Origin: Myxococcales bacterium FL481
GTDB lineage: Bacteria; Myxococcota_A; Polyangia; Nannocystales; Nannocystaceae
Direction: 5' to 3'
Length of the DNA stretch: 64,000 nucleotides
Assembly: GCA_006508105.1 (NCBI GenBank)
Contig: QKPP01000152.1
Coordinates: forward strand, 15,388 to 79,387
How positions within the stretch are numbered: the first letter of the stretch is position 1; each line of letters starts with the position of its first letter. A program made the position numbers and the translations under genes. The notes beneath the pieces are model-generated. The model saw nothing but the letters and a program-made list of their open reading frames with translations, had not been told where the DNA came from and ran no database searches. Positions 18,964 to 27,647 of the stretch are shown here, piece after piece.

Positions 18964-19794
18964 ATGGGAGCGGCGGCACAAGCGTTTCGTGGACATCTAG
19001 CGGGGCATCCCCACGACGAGGAGGTGGCGGAGATGCGCCGGAATCTGTGCGCAGTCAAGCGGACCACGCTCGAGCGCGTGACCGCGGGCGCCGGCGCTGA
19101 GGTCCCTCGCGCGATGGAGACCATGTATGAAGAGATCGTCACGAAGCTGATCCAGCTATCGTCGCACGTGGGTACTGCTGTGGCCTACGCGCTCGAGGCT
19201 TACGACGAGCTGGCCCAGGGGTGCTCGATTTCGCGTTTCGATCGTGAGCAACGCGAGCCGCTGACCGCCTTGAGCGCAAAACTGAAGCGGCGGCACGCGA
19301 GTCGCATCGCACGGGCCGCGGCCGAGATCGAGGCCCAACGCATGGCCTGGCGAGACAGCCACGAGCTGCTGTCCTGGCTGATGTTCCGTCGAGGCCAAGA
19401 GGGTCTTGCGGCGGGCGAGCGGTTGGCCCGGTTCGAGGAATTCAGTTTGTCACCCAAGCTACTGGGTTCGCGCGAAGCGATCGTTCGCCGGCTGGGCGCG
19501 CCACTGACGGCCGCCGTGGAGGCACACGATCGCTTCATGCTGGCCAATCGCTGGCGCGAAGGCGACGACGAGACCACGCGGCTGGAGCAAGCTTCGTGGG
19601 GGTTGTTGTCGTACCAACCGCCGCTTGTGCTCCGTGTGGAGCAGCTGCGGCAACGCTACGACGCCCTCGAGCGCAGCGACGCCGATCGCTCGCAGCGGGT
19701 GGGGGTGTTTCGTGAACTGGTCGATGCATTTGCAGACCAGTTGGCCTGGAGCCTCGACGGCGCGCCGTCGGCAACGTCGACCCCTGTGCTGTAG
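18964..19794 (+). CDS. Hypothetical helical protein
   Basis: Ordinary composition from about METMYEEIVTKLIQLSSHVGTAVAYALEAYDEL (ATG 19114) onward. The true start could be 18964, 19033 or 19114. No recognised motif. Confidence 0.55.
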   Translation: MGAAAQAFRGHLAGHPHDEEVAEMRRNLCAVKRTTLERVTAGAGAEVPRAMETMYEEIVTKLIQLSSHVGTAVAYALEAYDELAQGCSISRFDREQREPLTALSAKLKRRHASRIARAAAEIEAQRMAWRDSHELLSWLMFRRGQEGLAAGERLARFEEFSLSPKLLGSREAIVRRLGAPLTAAVEAHDRFMLANRWREGDDETTRLEQASWGLLSYQPPLVLRVEQLRQRYDALERSDADRSQRVGVFRELVDAFADQLAWSLDGAPSATSTPVL

Positions 19795-19864
19795 CGAACC
19801 CGCGCGCACGAGCCCCATCGATGCGAGCCGTGGGCGACCGGTTGGTCCGCCGCGGCGGGTCGAT

Positions 19865-21292
19865 TTACTCACCGTCGAGATGGGCCAAAAATCTCTGGAT
19901 ATCGATCGGGGTTTGGCGCCCAGACAGCTCAAGTTCGTCGCGAGCGAGCACCGCGTGGCCACGCGCTTGGACGTGGTCTCCCAAGCGCACATCCAGTGTG
20001 GCGGCGTAGTAGTAGAGCACTCCACGAACCGCCGGGTCCTCGTGGCGTTCAATGTCGATCAACAACGCGCTGCGGCAGATCTCGGACAAGTCGAGCTCCC
20101 GTTCGGTGAGTACCGCGAGTTCCTCGATGCGTCGCATCACCTGTTCGAGCGCGCGGTCATCAAGCTCTCCCGGAGGCAGCCTGGAGGTGAGAGCTTGGTG
20201 GAGGTATTCACTGGCTGCGTGCGCCCCCGAGGTCGAGGCCGTGAGCGCGGTGATGCCGAGAAGCGACGGGGCGTGTTGCGGAAACTTGGCGAGCGCCGCC
20301 GTGTAGTGACGGCGGGCGTCTTGTGGCGCATTGCGAGCCATCGCGACTTCACCCCGGAGAAACACCGCCTGAGCCCACTGCTCGTGGTCGCCGAGCTCGG
20401 CGAACCGCTGGGACGCGGCTTGGGCCAGTTCGTCGGCGCGAGCGAGTTCGCGGCGCTCGAACGCGATCGCGGCCAGCGTGTAATCCACCGCGGGCGTATC
20501 GAAGCCTCCCTCACGCGCGCGCAGCAAGAACGGGCGGGCGGCCGACCCCGAAAACTCGTGCATCTGCACCCCGGCCCACAGGTACGCGAGGTCCGGCGTG
20601 AGCTGGTCTTGGGCGACGAGGGTCGCCAAGTCGCTGCGCATCGTCTCGGCGGCCATCTCCGCCACGTCGTCGTTCGGGGGACATTGGCTGACGAACGCCG
20701 CGACGCGGGCCCGAGCGATCCGAGCTTGGACCGCGATGATGCCCTCGGTGGTGGTGATGATCGCGTCGAGGTCGGTGAGCATGGCCTCCACCGAGACGTC
20801 GTGGGGTCCGAGCTTGGTCTCGGGGCTAAAGTCGGTGGTTCGCACTGGCAACGCGCCGTCGTTCCCCACGTTCTCCAAGCGCCACGCGACGCCGCGGATG
20901 CACCGGGTGAAGTGCAACGCCGCGAGGTCGGCCCGTGCGATGGCGATCCATTGTCGGTCCGCTCCATCGCCATGTGCCGCCAAGGATCGGTCGGCCGCCA
21001 CGATCTGGCCTTGGGCGAGTTGGTCACGCGCGGTGGTCAGCGCGGATTGAGTCGGCGCGGCGACGTGATGCTCTGTGATGCTCACCAGTGGTGTCAGCGA
21101 CTGCCAGTCCGGCCAGCTACCCATGGCCGCGGCCGGCGGGGTGGCCTCGGTGGCTCCGCCCCGGCGACACGAGGCGGCGAGCAGCAACCCCCCGAGCGTC
21201 AGCGAGAGCAGGCGGAGGCCGTGTCGGTGACCGCAGGCGGGCGTGGCGGGGATCCGAGTGAGGGAGGCGGGCGCGAGGCGTACGGACATCAT
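19865..21292 (-). CDS. Lipoprotein, helical/TPR-like, hypothetical
   Basis: MMSVRL...GLRLLSLTLGGLLLAASC (lipobox LAASC). The start ATG overlaps the stop of the upstream gene (ATGA). Confidence 0.75.
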   Translation of the reverse strand: MMSVRLAPASLTRIPATPACGHRHGLRLLSLTLGGLLLAASCRRGGATEATPPAAAMGSWPDWQSLTPLVSITEHHVAAPTQSALTTARDQLAQGQIVAADRSLAAHGDGADRQWIAIARADLAALHFTRCIRGVAWRLENVGNDGALPVRTTDFSPETKLGPHDVSVEAMLTDLDAIITTTEGIIAVQARIARARVAAFVSQCPPNDDVAEMAAETMRSDLATLVAQDQLTPDLAYLWAGVQMHEFSGSAARPFLLRAREGGFDTPAVDYTLAAIAFERRELARADELAQAASQRFAELGDHEQWAQAVFLRGEVAMARNAPQDARRHYTAALAKFPQHAPSLLGITALTASTSGAHAASEYLHQALTSRLPPGELDDRALEQVMRRIEELAVLTERELDLSEICRSALLIDIERHEDPAVRGVLYYYAATLDVRLGDHVQARGHAVLARDELELSGRQTPIDIQRFLAHLDGE

Positions 21293-22098
21293 CAGTGGTG
21301 GAGTCGGAGGCGAGCGGCGAGGGCGGCCGCGCGTCGGCCCAGGTGGGGTTGGGTCGCCAGCTCAGCGAGCCGTCGAACCCCCGACGGGCCGAAGATGGCG
21401 AGTCCCCGTCGCGGCAGCAGCGACGCGACGATGTCCGCTACCGGACGGTCGTCGCACCATCGGATCAGCGTGTCGGGTCGGATCTGAAACAACGTCTCGG
21501 GGACTTCGAGCCACCGCATGGCCAGCTGCCGGACTGTGTGGTCGTGATCACGCCGCATCAGTGTCAACGCGAGCTCGAGTCGCTCGCCATCGAGGCGGCA
21601 GACCGTCTTGGCGGTGGGCTCTCGCAGCTGCGCGAGTTCGAGGCCGAGAACGCTGGCGATGCCGACGAGTCGTTGCTCCGTCGGCAGGTCCAGCGCTGCG
21701 AAGGCGTGCTGCACGGCCGCGCACGGGTCATGGTGGGCGTCACTGGCCTGGCCGAGCTGCCGTTGCGCGAGTTCTCGCAGCCAGTCCCACTGGTCCCGAT
21801 GGCGCTTGGGCAGTTCTACCGCCTCATATCCGAGGTCGGCGAACACGCGTTCGCGCGCGGCGTAGAGGGCATCCGCAGCGTCGCGGTCGAGCCAGCGCCA
21901 AGAGAGCAGTCGTCCTTTGCCGAGACCGGTGGGCTCGGGCATCCCAGGGCGGCCCCACTCGGCTCGGGCCTCTCGCACGTTGTACGACCAGCCGAACACG
22001 AGTCCGGGGCGGCGCACCACCGCCAAATGGACGTACTGCGCGGCCGTGTGGCGAGCCCCCGTCGTCAGGCGCAGCGTTTGCCCGACGATCTCGCGCAT
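21292..22098 (-). CDS. Hypothetical protein (minimum extent; may extend upstream into an Arg-rich region)
   Basis: From ATG 22098: MREIVGQTLRLTTGARHTAAQYVHLAVVRRPGLVFGWSYNV...WLRELAQRQLG..., well-behaved for 268 aa. The same frame stays open to 22797 but is extremely Arg/Pro-rich there. It also overlaps the next gene beyond 22467. Confidence 0.65.
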   Translation of the reverse strand: MREIVGQTLRLTTGARHTAAQYVHLAVVRRPGLVFGWSYNVREARAEWGRPGMPEPTGLGKGRLLSWRWLDRDAADALYAARERVFADLGYEAVELPKRHRDQWDWLRELAQRQLGQASDAHHDPCAAVQHAFAALDLPTEQRLVGIASVLGLELAQLREPTAKTVCRLDGERLELALTLMRRDHDHTVRQLAMRWLEVPETLFQIRPDTLIRWCDDRPVADIVASLLPRRGLAIFGPSGVRRLAELATQPHLGRRAAALAARLRLHH

Positions 22099-22466
22099 GT
22101 CCTCAGCGGCCACCGCGAAGGTTTGCCACGGGACGAGACTGGGGGAAAGCCGACGCACAGCGCGCGAGGCGGCGACTGGCGGCCCCACGCGACGAAAGAC
22201 CGGCACGGGAGCACGAGGAGGCTCCGTCGCGGCCGAGGGCGGCGTCGGCCGTGGCCTCGGCCGCGTGGCTTGAACTGACCGCCGCCCGCCCGAACGCTGG
22301 CTGGGTTTGGCCGGGCGACTGCGGCTACGGCGCCGCGCCCTCAAACTGCGGTAGAGACGGTTTCCCGCCCGTTCGGCGTGGCTGGGGCCGCCCCCGGGCG
22401 GCGCGACGAAGCGGGATATGGACGTCGCCCCGTCGCGGGGTCGACCCGTCGACGAAGGGGTCGGGG

Positions 22467-23717
22467 CTAGAACATGTGTCCGCTCGACACGTACCACTGC
22501 ACGTCTTCGTTGCTGGCCCCCACGTCGAGGCGAACGACGAAGAAACGATCCCACACCACGTAGATCCCTCCGCCGATCGAGTGACGCAGGTTTTTGCGCC
22601 AGCGCTGGCGGGGCACCGCGGCTTTGCCGACGTCCGCAAATGCCTTCGTGCCGACGCCGATGTGGCGCGCACCGAGGTGGAACCCGAACAGGTCCAAACG
22701 CAGCTCCGTCGATGAGGCCATCTTGTGAGCGCCGATAATACGCTGGCGGGCGAAGCCCCGCGCCGAGTACCGGCCCCCCAAACCGTCGATCGGCCACAGA
22801 CCGCCGAACTCACCGAGGGTGTAAAGCGGTGGATCGCCGAGTACGTGGTCGTAGAGGAGCCGTTGGGCCAGCACGAGGCGGGGGGTGCCGATCCAGCGAA
22901 ACCAGCGGAAACTGGCGTTGATCCGCGTGAACGTAGTGGAAGCGCCCGCCCAGGGCCGAGCGAATTCAGCCGTGACGTCGTGTTGCCCGCCAAGCGTCGG
23001 CGCCCACTCGTTATCGCGTCGATCCCAGCTGGCGCCGACAATGACCGATCCGCGGTACCGCACGCCGATATCCTCCGGGCGCTCGACGGCGACGTGGGAT
23101 TGCGGCTCCGCGTCGATGCTGTCGACGGCCCATCGCAAACCAGCAATCGAGTGTAGCGTGGCTGGCGGGTCGTGCCGATTCGCCAGCACGCGGTCGAATC
23201 GGACGATTTCGGGCTGTAGATCGACCTGCAGTCCCATGCTGCGCAAGTGCAGTTTGTACTTCGGGTCGTTCAACTCTTCGGACGACAGCCGCTCACCGCG
23301 GGCCACTCCGAAGAACGGATAGATAGGGTCGTCGATGTACGCCAAGCGGCTTTGAAGGATCTCACCGTGACCCCAAAGCTCTCGCAGTCGTAGCTGCAGC
23401 TCGTGGTTTTGAATCAGCTTCGTCGACAGGCGCGTCGCCACATCGATTTGCACACGGTTGACGGCGGCGCCGGCCTCTCGCAACACGTAGCGACCACGCA
23501 ACCCGAATTGGTGTCCGATCGAGGGGTCGCCGCGGTACGACGGAACCGCGAGACAACGTCGGCGGCGACTGTGCAAGCAGCGGATAATGGGCTCGCGCGG
23601 CGATCGGTTGATCTGCGCTCGCGCAGGTCCGTCGTCGTCGTCGTCGATTGGACGCGCACCCACCAGGGGGGCCGACCCGGTCCACGCAGCGAGGATCAGT
23701 GCGCCGAGGCTCGCCAT
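22467..23717 (-). CDS. Outer-membrane beta-barrel protein, Omp85/surface-antigen(D15)-like
   Basis: Signal peptide MASLGALILAAWTGSAPLVGA. Alternating-hydrophobic strands throughout. C-terminal strands GGGIYVVWDRFFVVRLDVGASNEDVQWYVSSGHMF end in Phe. No clear POTRA repeats seen. Confidence 0.7.
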   Translation of the reverse strand: MASLGALILAAWTGSAPLVGARPIDDDDDGPARAQINRSPREPIIRCLHSRRRRCLAVPSYRGDPSIGHQFGLRGRYVLREAGAAVNRVQIDVATRLSTKLIQNHELQLRLRELWGHGEILQSRLAYIDDPIYPFFGVARGERLSSEELNDPKYKLHLRSMGLQVDLQPEIVRFDRVLANRHDPPATLHSIAGLRWAVDSIDAEPQSHVAVERPEDIGVRYRGSVIVGASWDRRDNEWAPTLGGQHDVTAEFARPWAGASTTFTRINASFRWFRWIGTPRLVLAQRLLYDHVLGDPPLYTLGEFGGLWPIDGLGGRYSARGFARQRIIGAHKMASSTELRLDLFGFHLGARHIGVGTKAFADVGKAAVPRQRWRKNLRHSIGGGIYVVWDRFFVVRLDVGASNEDVQWYVSSGHMF

Positions 23718-24396
23718 GCGCTGCCCTCAACGATAGGCCGAGCGCGCGGGACTCGTCGAATCGCTGGCGCCGATCAGCCTGACGGGCAGATGATCAGCGC
23801 GTCACGGTGCCTACGCGGTCCGGTCGATGAGAAGACAGCTCGCTATCGGCGCGAGAGAGAGCCGTCGATGGGGTTGCTTGCGGAGCGATTCCGCGCAGGC
23901 TCGAGTGGCCGGCGTTCGCGCTCGAAGCCGCGGACTCGGCGAGTGAGCTCAAAAACTTGCGTTCCTAGCGGTTCGGAGTGGCGCCGGCTTCCGTCCCGCA
24001 CCTTCGCCGGCGCCGCGACGCGCTCGGCAAATTCGGGGTCTCGGTGGACTCCGTGGCGGTGCGTTGCGACTCGTGAATCGATGAGGTCGCGAGGAGGTGG
24101 CAACGTGGCTGGGGATAGACCCAACGAAAACACGGTTCCGCGACACCAGTGATCACGCTTGCATCGACACCGGCGGCGGGGCCATTGCCATCAGTCACGA
24201 TCGCTTGCCCACTGCCTTGCACCGACGACAGTTGGTTCGTTGGCTTGAGCGTTGACGTTCGTGTGTCGAGGACATCATTTTCCAACCCCAAGAATCGGAG
24301 ACCATTCGCCGAATCGCTGGATCTTGTGGTGGCGCGGTGTACCTCGGACTACAGCCACAAAACCGCGGCGAGCGACGTTGAGTGACGACGAAGCAC

Positions 24397-24425
24397 TTCC
24401 CACTTCAGGTCCACTCCTCTACAAT
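24397..24425 (+). promoter_or_regulatory. Candidate sigma70-type promoter giving a leaderless or near-leaderless mRNA for the HTH gene
   Basis: ttccca (24397-24402), 17 nt spacer, tacaat (24420-24425). Only 7 nt lie between the -10 hexamer and ATG 24433, and there is no Shine-Dalgarno. Pattern match only. Confidence 0.3.
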
Positions 24426-24432
24426 CAACCGC

Positions 24433-24633
24433 ATGGCTGTTGTTCTGAAAACGTTGGATTTGGCTGAGGCGGAACGCATCTTGTGCGAGGAGGCGCTTCG
24501 GAGCGCTGGCAGCATCGTCGAAGCGGCACGTCTTTTGGGAATCACACGACACGCGCTCAAGCGACGGATCGTTCGACACAGCATCGAATGGCCGACACCG
24601 GCGGCGCCGCCGATTTCGACGTGGTCCAACTAG
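24433..24633 (+). CDS. Stand-alone Fis/NtrC-type helix-turn-helix (HTH_8) protein, 66 aa
   Basis: MAVVLKTLDLAEAERILCEEALRSAGSIVEAARLLGITRHALKRRIVRHSI matches the C-terminal DNA-binding module of NtrC-family activators (…E.E.I..AL...G....AA..LGI.R..L.RK…). Third-position GC is visibly lower than in neighbouring genes. Confidence 0.6.
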   Translation: MAVVLKTLDLAEAERILCEEALRSAGSIVEAARLLGITRHALKRRIVRHSIEWPTPAAPPISTWSN

Positions 24634-24775
24634 TCTCGCGATTGGCTCCATGAACCTCATCGCCCCGAGCAACTCGAGCCAATGAGGCCCGGCTGGCGGT
24701 CGACTCGTGTCGGGGCAGCGATAGACCCCGGCTCGTTCCATCGGCGCAGCGAGAAACGGGCTTGCGGGTGATGCG

Positions 24776-25009
24776 TCAGTCGGGATCCGCCAGCGCATTT
24801 CGCTGCGCGGCTCGAATCTCGTTGACGACCCGGTGGATGGCCTGGTGAAGTTCGTTCGACGCCCCGGGTAGCGTGAGGTCGGTGCGCGCCACGAGATCGA
24901 GGGCCGAGCTCCAGCCGGCCACGAATGCGGCGAGCTGCGGCGACGAGAGCTCCTCGGTGCGAGCGAGCAGTAGCTCACGGACCAATAGATCTAGCTGCGC
25001 GTGTGTCAA
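24776..25009 (-). CDS. Small hypothetical helical protein (77 aa), doubtful
   Basis: TTG start. Sequence ...LLVRELLLARTEELSSPQLAAFVAGWSSALDLVART...HQAIHRVVNEIRAAQ. GC3 is mostly high. Lies 155 nt downstream of the exonuclease gene on the same strand. No motif. Confidence 0.3.
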   Translation of the reverse strand: MTHAQLDLLVRELLLARTEELSSPQLAAFVAGWSSALDLVARTDLTLPGASNELHQAIHRVVNEIRAAQRNALADPD

Positions 25010-25164
25010 CGTGATGTAGCCCGCGAAAAGACGCCGCGAGCAGTGTATGCATCCCCCGTATCCCCACCAAAATCGCGACGCGTCTCGTGGTTGGAGACAC
25101 GCGCGAACGCCGGGGAGCGGTCAGTTCGGGCCGTGATCGGCCCCGTCATCGGTCGAGGCCGCGA

Positions 25165-26028
25165 CTAGCCGTGAGGGGAGCGACGAATCTTGCCTTCCAA
25201 TGCCTCCCGCACGACCGCTTTGGTGTCGTCCTCAAACGGTTGTTGCAGGATCCATCGCAAGTACTCGCGTTCGTTGGGGTCGGCGGCGGCCCAACGCAAC
25301 GGCTTGTCTTTCAGCTTGCCGAAGTTGAACACGGGCTCTTCGTCGCGCCACACGAATCGTCGCGCGCTGTCGACAAAGCCGGCGTTGATCGTGGCGGAGA
25401 TGTCGTGCAACTGGTCGACGTCGATCGGAAGGTCTTCATAGCGGCGCAGCTGACCCGCAAACACCTCCAAGCTGGCGATCGTATCCGCCTCCGCGGTGTG
25501 GGCGTCGGGCAGCGGCTTGTCGGCGTAGTAGCGCATGGCCGCGCTGAGGTCTCGTGGCTCGCGGCGGTGGAAGATGACCTGGCTATCGACCACCCGAACC
25601 TCGCTGGCACTCAGCCCTTTGCCGCAGCGGGCGAACTCGTTGAGGAGCACTCGCACGTCGAAGCGAGACACGCTAAAGCCGGCCAGATCGGCGTCTCGAA
25701 TCAGCGCCAAGATATCGTCGGCGATGTCGGCGAACTTCGGGGCGTCGCGAACATCATCGTCGGTCAGTCGGTGGATCTTGGTCGACTCACTCGGAATCTT
25801 CATTTCCGGATTGACCCGCCAGCTTCGAGGCGCCTCGATAGCCACCGGCAACGGACACACTCGCAGCAGACACAACTCGATGATGCGGTCACGCATCGGG
25901 TCGATCCCCGTGGTCTCCAGATCGAAGAACACCACGGGTCGACGCAGGCCCTCCACGAAGCTGAAAAAGCGCGGGCCGAGCTCGGCAATAGCGGGCGTGG
26001 GGGTTGCGTGAGTCTCTCGCGTGGACAT
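25165..26028 (-). CDS. DEDDh 3'-5' exonuclease (DnaQ/epsilon-like) with a ~100-aa C-terminal domain
   Basis: ExoI VVFFDLETTGIDP, ExoII LAGFSVSRFDVRVL, ExoIII DAHTAEADTIASLEV. The C-terminal part NFGKLKDKPLRWAAADPNEREYLRWILQQPF resembles the DUF3820-type tail seen on such exonucleases (from memory). Confidence 0.9.
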   Translation of the reverse strand: MSTRETHATPTPAIAELGPRFFSFVEGLRRPVVFFDLETTGIDPMRDRIIELCLLRVCPLPVAIEAPRSWRVNPEMKIPSESTKIHRLTDDDVRDAPKFADIADDILALIRDADLAGFSVSRFDVRVLLNEFARCGKGLSASEVRVVDSQVIFHRREPRDLSAAMRYYADKPLPDAHTAEADTIASLEVFAGQLRRYEDLPIDVDQLHDISATINAGFVDSARRFVWRDEEPVFNFGKLKDKPLRWAAADPNEREYLRWILQQPFEDDTKAVVREALEGKIRRSPHG

Positions 26029-26254
26029 GGTTGACGGCGGTTATACCCGAGAGCCAAACCGGTGTGCGACTGCCCGTATGTCGGATCTGGAGCCAGCCGA
26101 GCCGTGCGGCAGGCGGTCGGCCGCTGGCCGGCACATGTCGGCCAGCTGTCGACCGCGGAGCCGCCCACGCGTTGGGTTGGGGGCGCAGCACCACCGACCG
26201 CGTCGACGCGCGCTTGATCGAACGGCTTCGAGTGCACCATGGTATCACCACGCG

Positions 26255-27046
26255 GTGGCCGGCCCCATTGCTGCGACGTTGCATCTGGGTGCGCTGACGT
26301 TAGATTGGCCGTTCGTCGGCCTGGCGGTGGCGGGCGTCATCGCTGGCATCATCAACACGTTGGCGGGAGGCGGCGCGTTCTTGACGCTGCCGGCGATGTT
26401 CGCGGCCGGGATTCCACCCGGCGAGGCCAACGGCAGCCTCCGGGTCGCGATCGCGATGCAAAACACGGCCGGGTTGTGGACTTTTCGCCGGAACGGGCTG
26501 CGTCCGAGCCCCGTGATCAAGCGTTTGATCGGGCCGCTGTGCATCGGGGCGGGCTTGGGAGCTTGGGGCGCGACGAGCATGGGCGACGCTCGGTTGCGCA
26601 CGGTCATCGGCGGGGCTTTGGTGGTGTGGGCGGCGTTGCTGGTGCTGCGGCCCGGCAAGTTTGATGCGCCTTCAGGGGATCCGCGTCCGATCGGCGTTGG
26701 CGCGTTGTTGCTGACCTTCCTGGTGGGCGTCTACGGCGGTTTCCTCCAAGCCGGCGTTGGTTTCCCGTTGATGGCGTTGCTGGTGATGTACCTGCGCATT
26801 CCTCCGGTGGAAGCCAACGTGGTCAAGGTCGCCGGGGTGTTGATCTACACCCTCGTGGCGCTCCCGGTGTTCGTCTGGGCGGATCGAGTCGATTGGCTCG
26901 CGGGTACGGTTGTCGGTGGGGCCGCGATGGTGGGGGCGTGGATCGGCGCCCGGTCGCAGTTGCGCTTCGGCGCGACGCTCGTCCGCTGGGTGCTGGTGTT
27001 CGCCGTCGCGGTCAGCGGCGTGGCCATGCTCTTGCGCCAACTCTGA
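26255..27046 (+). CDS. TSUP/TauE-SafE family (DUF81) anion exporter permease
   Basis: Two-fold repeat of 4-TM units with GIINTLAGGGAFLTLP and VGVYGGFLQAGVGFPLMALL motifs. No ATG nearby, so the start is set at GTG 26255. Track ORF begins at 26021. Confidence 0.85.
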   Translation: MAGPIAATLHLGALTLDWPFVGLAVAGVIAGIINTLAGGGAFLTLPAMFAAGIPPGEANGSLRVAIAMQNTAGLWTFRRNGLRPSPVIKRLIGPLCIGAGLGAWGATSMGDARLRTVIGGALVVWAALLVLRPGKFDAPSGDPRPIGVGALLLTFLVGVYGGFLQAGVGFPLMALLVMYLRIPPVEANVVKVAGVLIYTLVALPVFVWADRVDWLAGTVVGGAAMVGAWIGARSQLRFGATLVRWVLVFAVAVSGVAMLLRQL

Positions 27047-27177
27047 ACAGGTGCGGTTGGCGGCCGGCAGCGGGTTTGGCGGGCTCGGAGGAGCAAGACG
27101 GTGACGGACGTCAACGGGCCTACTCGAGGCGGGCTGGAATCGCTACGATGCGCGCGGCCGAAAGGACCGAAAGACAG

Positions 27178-27381
27178 ATGGAAGAGATCATCGAAGGACT
27201 GATTCAAAAAGTGGGCCTGACCGCGGAGCAAGCCGATGCCGTGGTCGAGTTTCTCAAAGAGCACGCCGACAAGTTGCCGGCGCTGCTCAGCGGCGGGGGC
27301 TTGGGTGCCGTCGCCGAAGCCACCGGGTTGGCGGATAAGCTCCCCGGCGGGCTCGGGGGGCTGCTCGGCGGCGGGGATTGA
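27178..27381 (+). CDS. Small hypothetical protein with a Gly-rich tail (67 aa)
   Basis: aaagga 11 nt before ATG 27178. MEEIIEGLIQKVGLTAEQADAVVEFLKEHADKLPALLSGGGLGAVAEATGLADKLPGGLGGLLGGGD. The upstream part of track ORF 26893..27381 overlaps the TSUP gene out of frame. Confidence 0.5.
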   Translation: MEEIIEGLIQKVGLTAEQADAVVEFLKEHADKLPALLSGGGLGAVAEATGLADKLPGGLGGLLGGGD

Positions 27382-27647
27382 TCTCAGTGCCTCGAGGCGG
27401 GGGATCGACGTGAACTCGGACCTCCCGCGTCGTCGTAGCGTGGATGTGCCTGCCCGCGCGGCCGATCCCGATGGCTGCAGTGGGGCCGACGCGGGTACCA
27501 TCGCGTCGCTCGGGGGCCCGCGCGGCCGGGGCCGTCGAGCTCGCATGGCCGACGCGGGCAGACCGGTGTCGGTGGGGTCTCTGCGCGGTCAGAGCCGATG
27601 ACTTCCGGCGGGGTGTCACCGCCGAAGACGGGACCGCAGCTCCGCGC

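Noticed and set aside
19625-21487. 620-aa plus-strand ORF, with similar long shadows at 46957..48861(+), 54778..56061(+), 57112..58440(+), 29103..30098(+) and 3390..4637(+)
   Set aside because: Arg/Gly/Val-rich with no motifs. Each lies fully antisense to a gene with a signal peptide, lipobox or catalytic motifs.
23843-24291. Minus-strand ORFs 23843..24133 (96 aa) and 23965..24291 (108 aa), plus the plus-strand ORF 24149..24385, in the long spacer
   Set aside because: They overlap one another, have no motifs, and have only moderate third-position GC by hand count (about 70%). Their ends are Arg-rich. The evidence is insufficient to call any of them.
24641-24690. Inverted repeats attggctc/gagccaat and cctcat/atgagg downstream of the HTH gene
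   Set aside because: The two pairings compete, and the main one has a ~29-nt loop. It is not a convincing terminator or riboswitch element without folding energies or conservation data.
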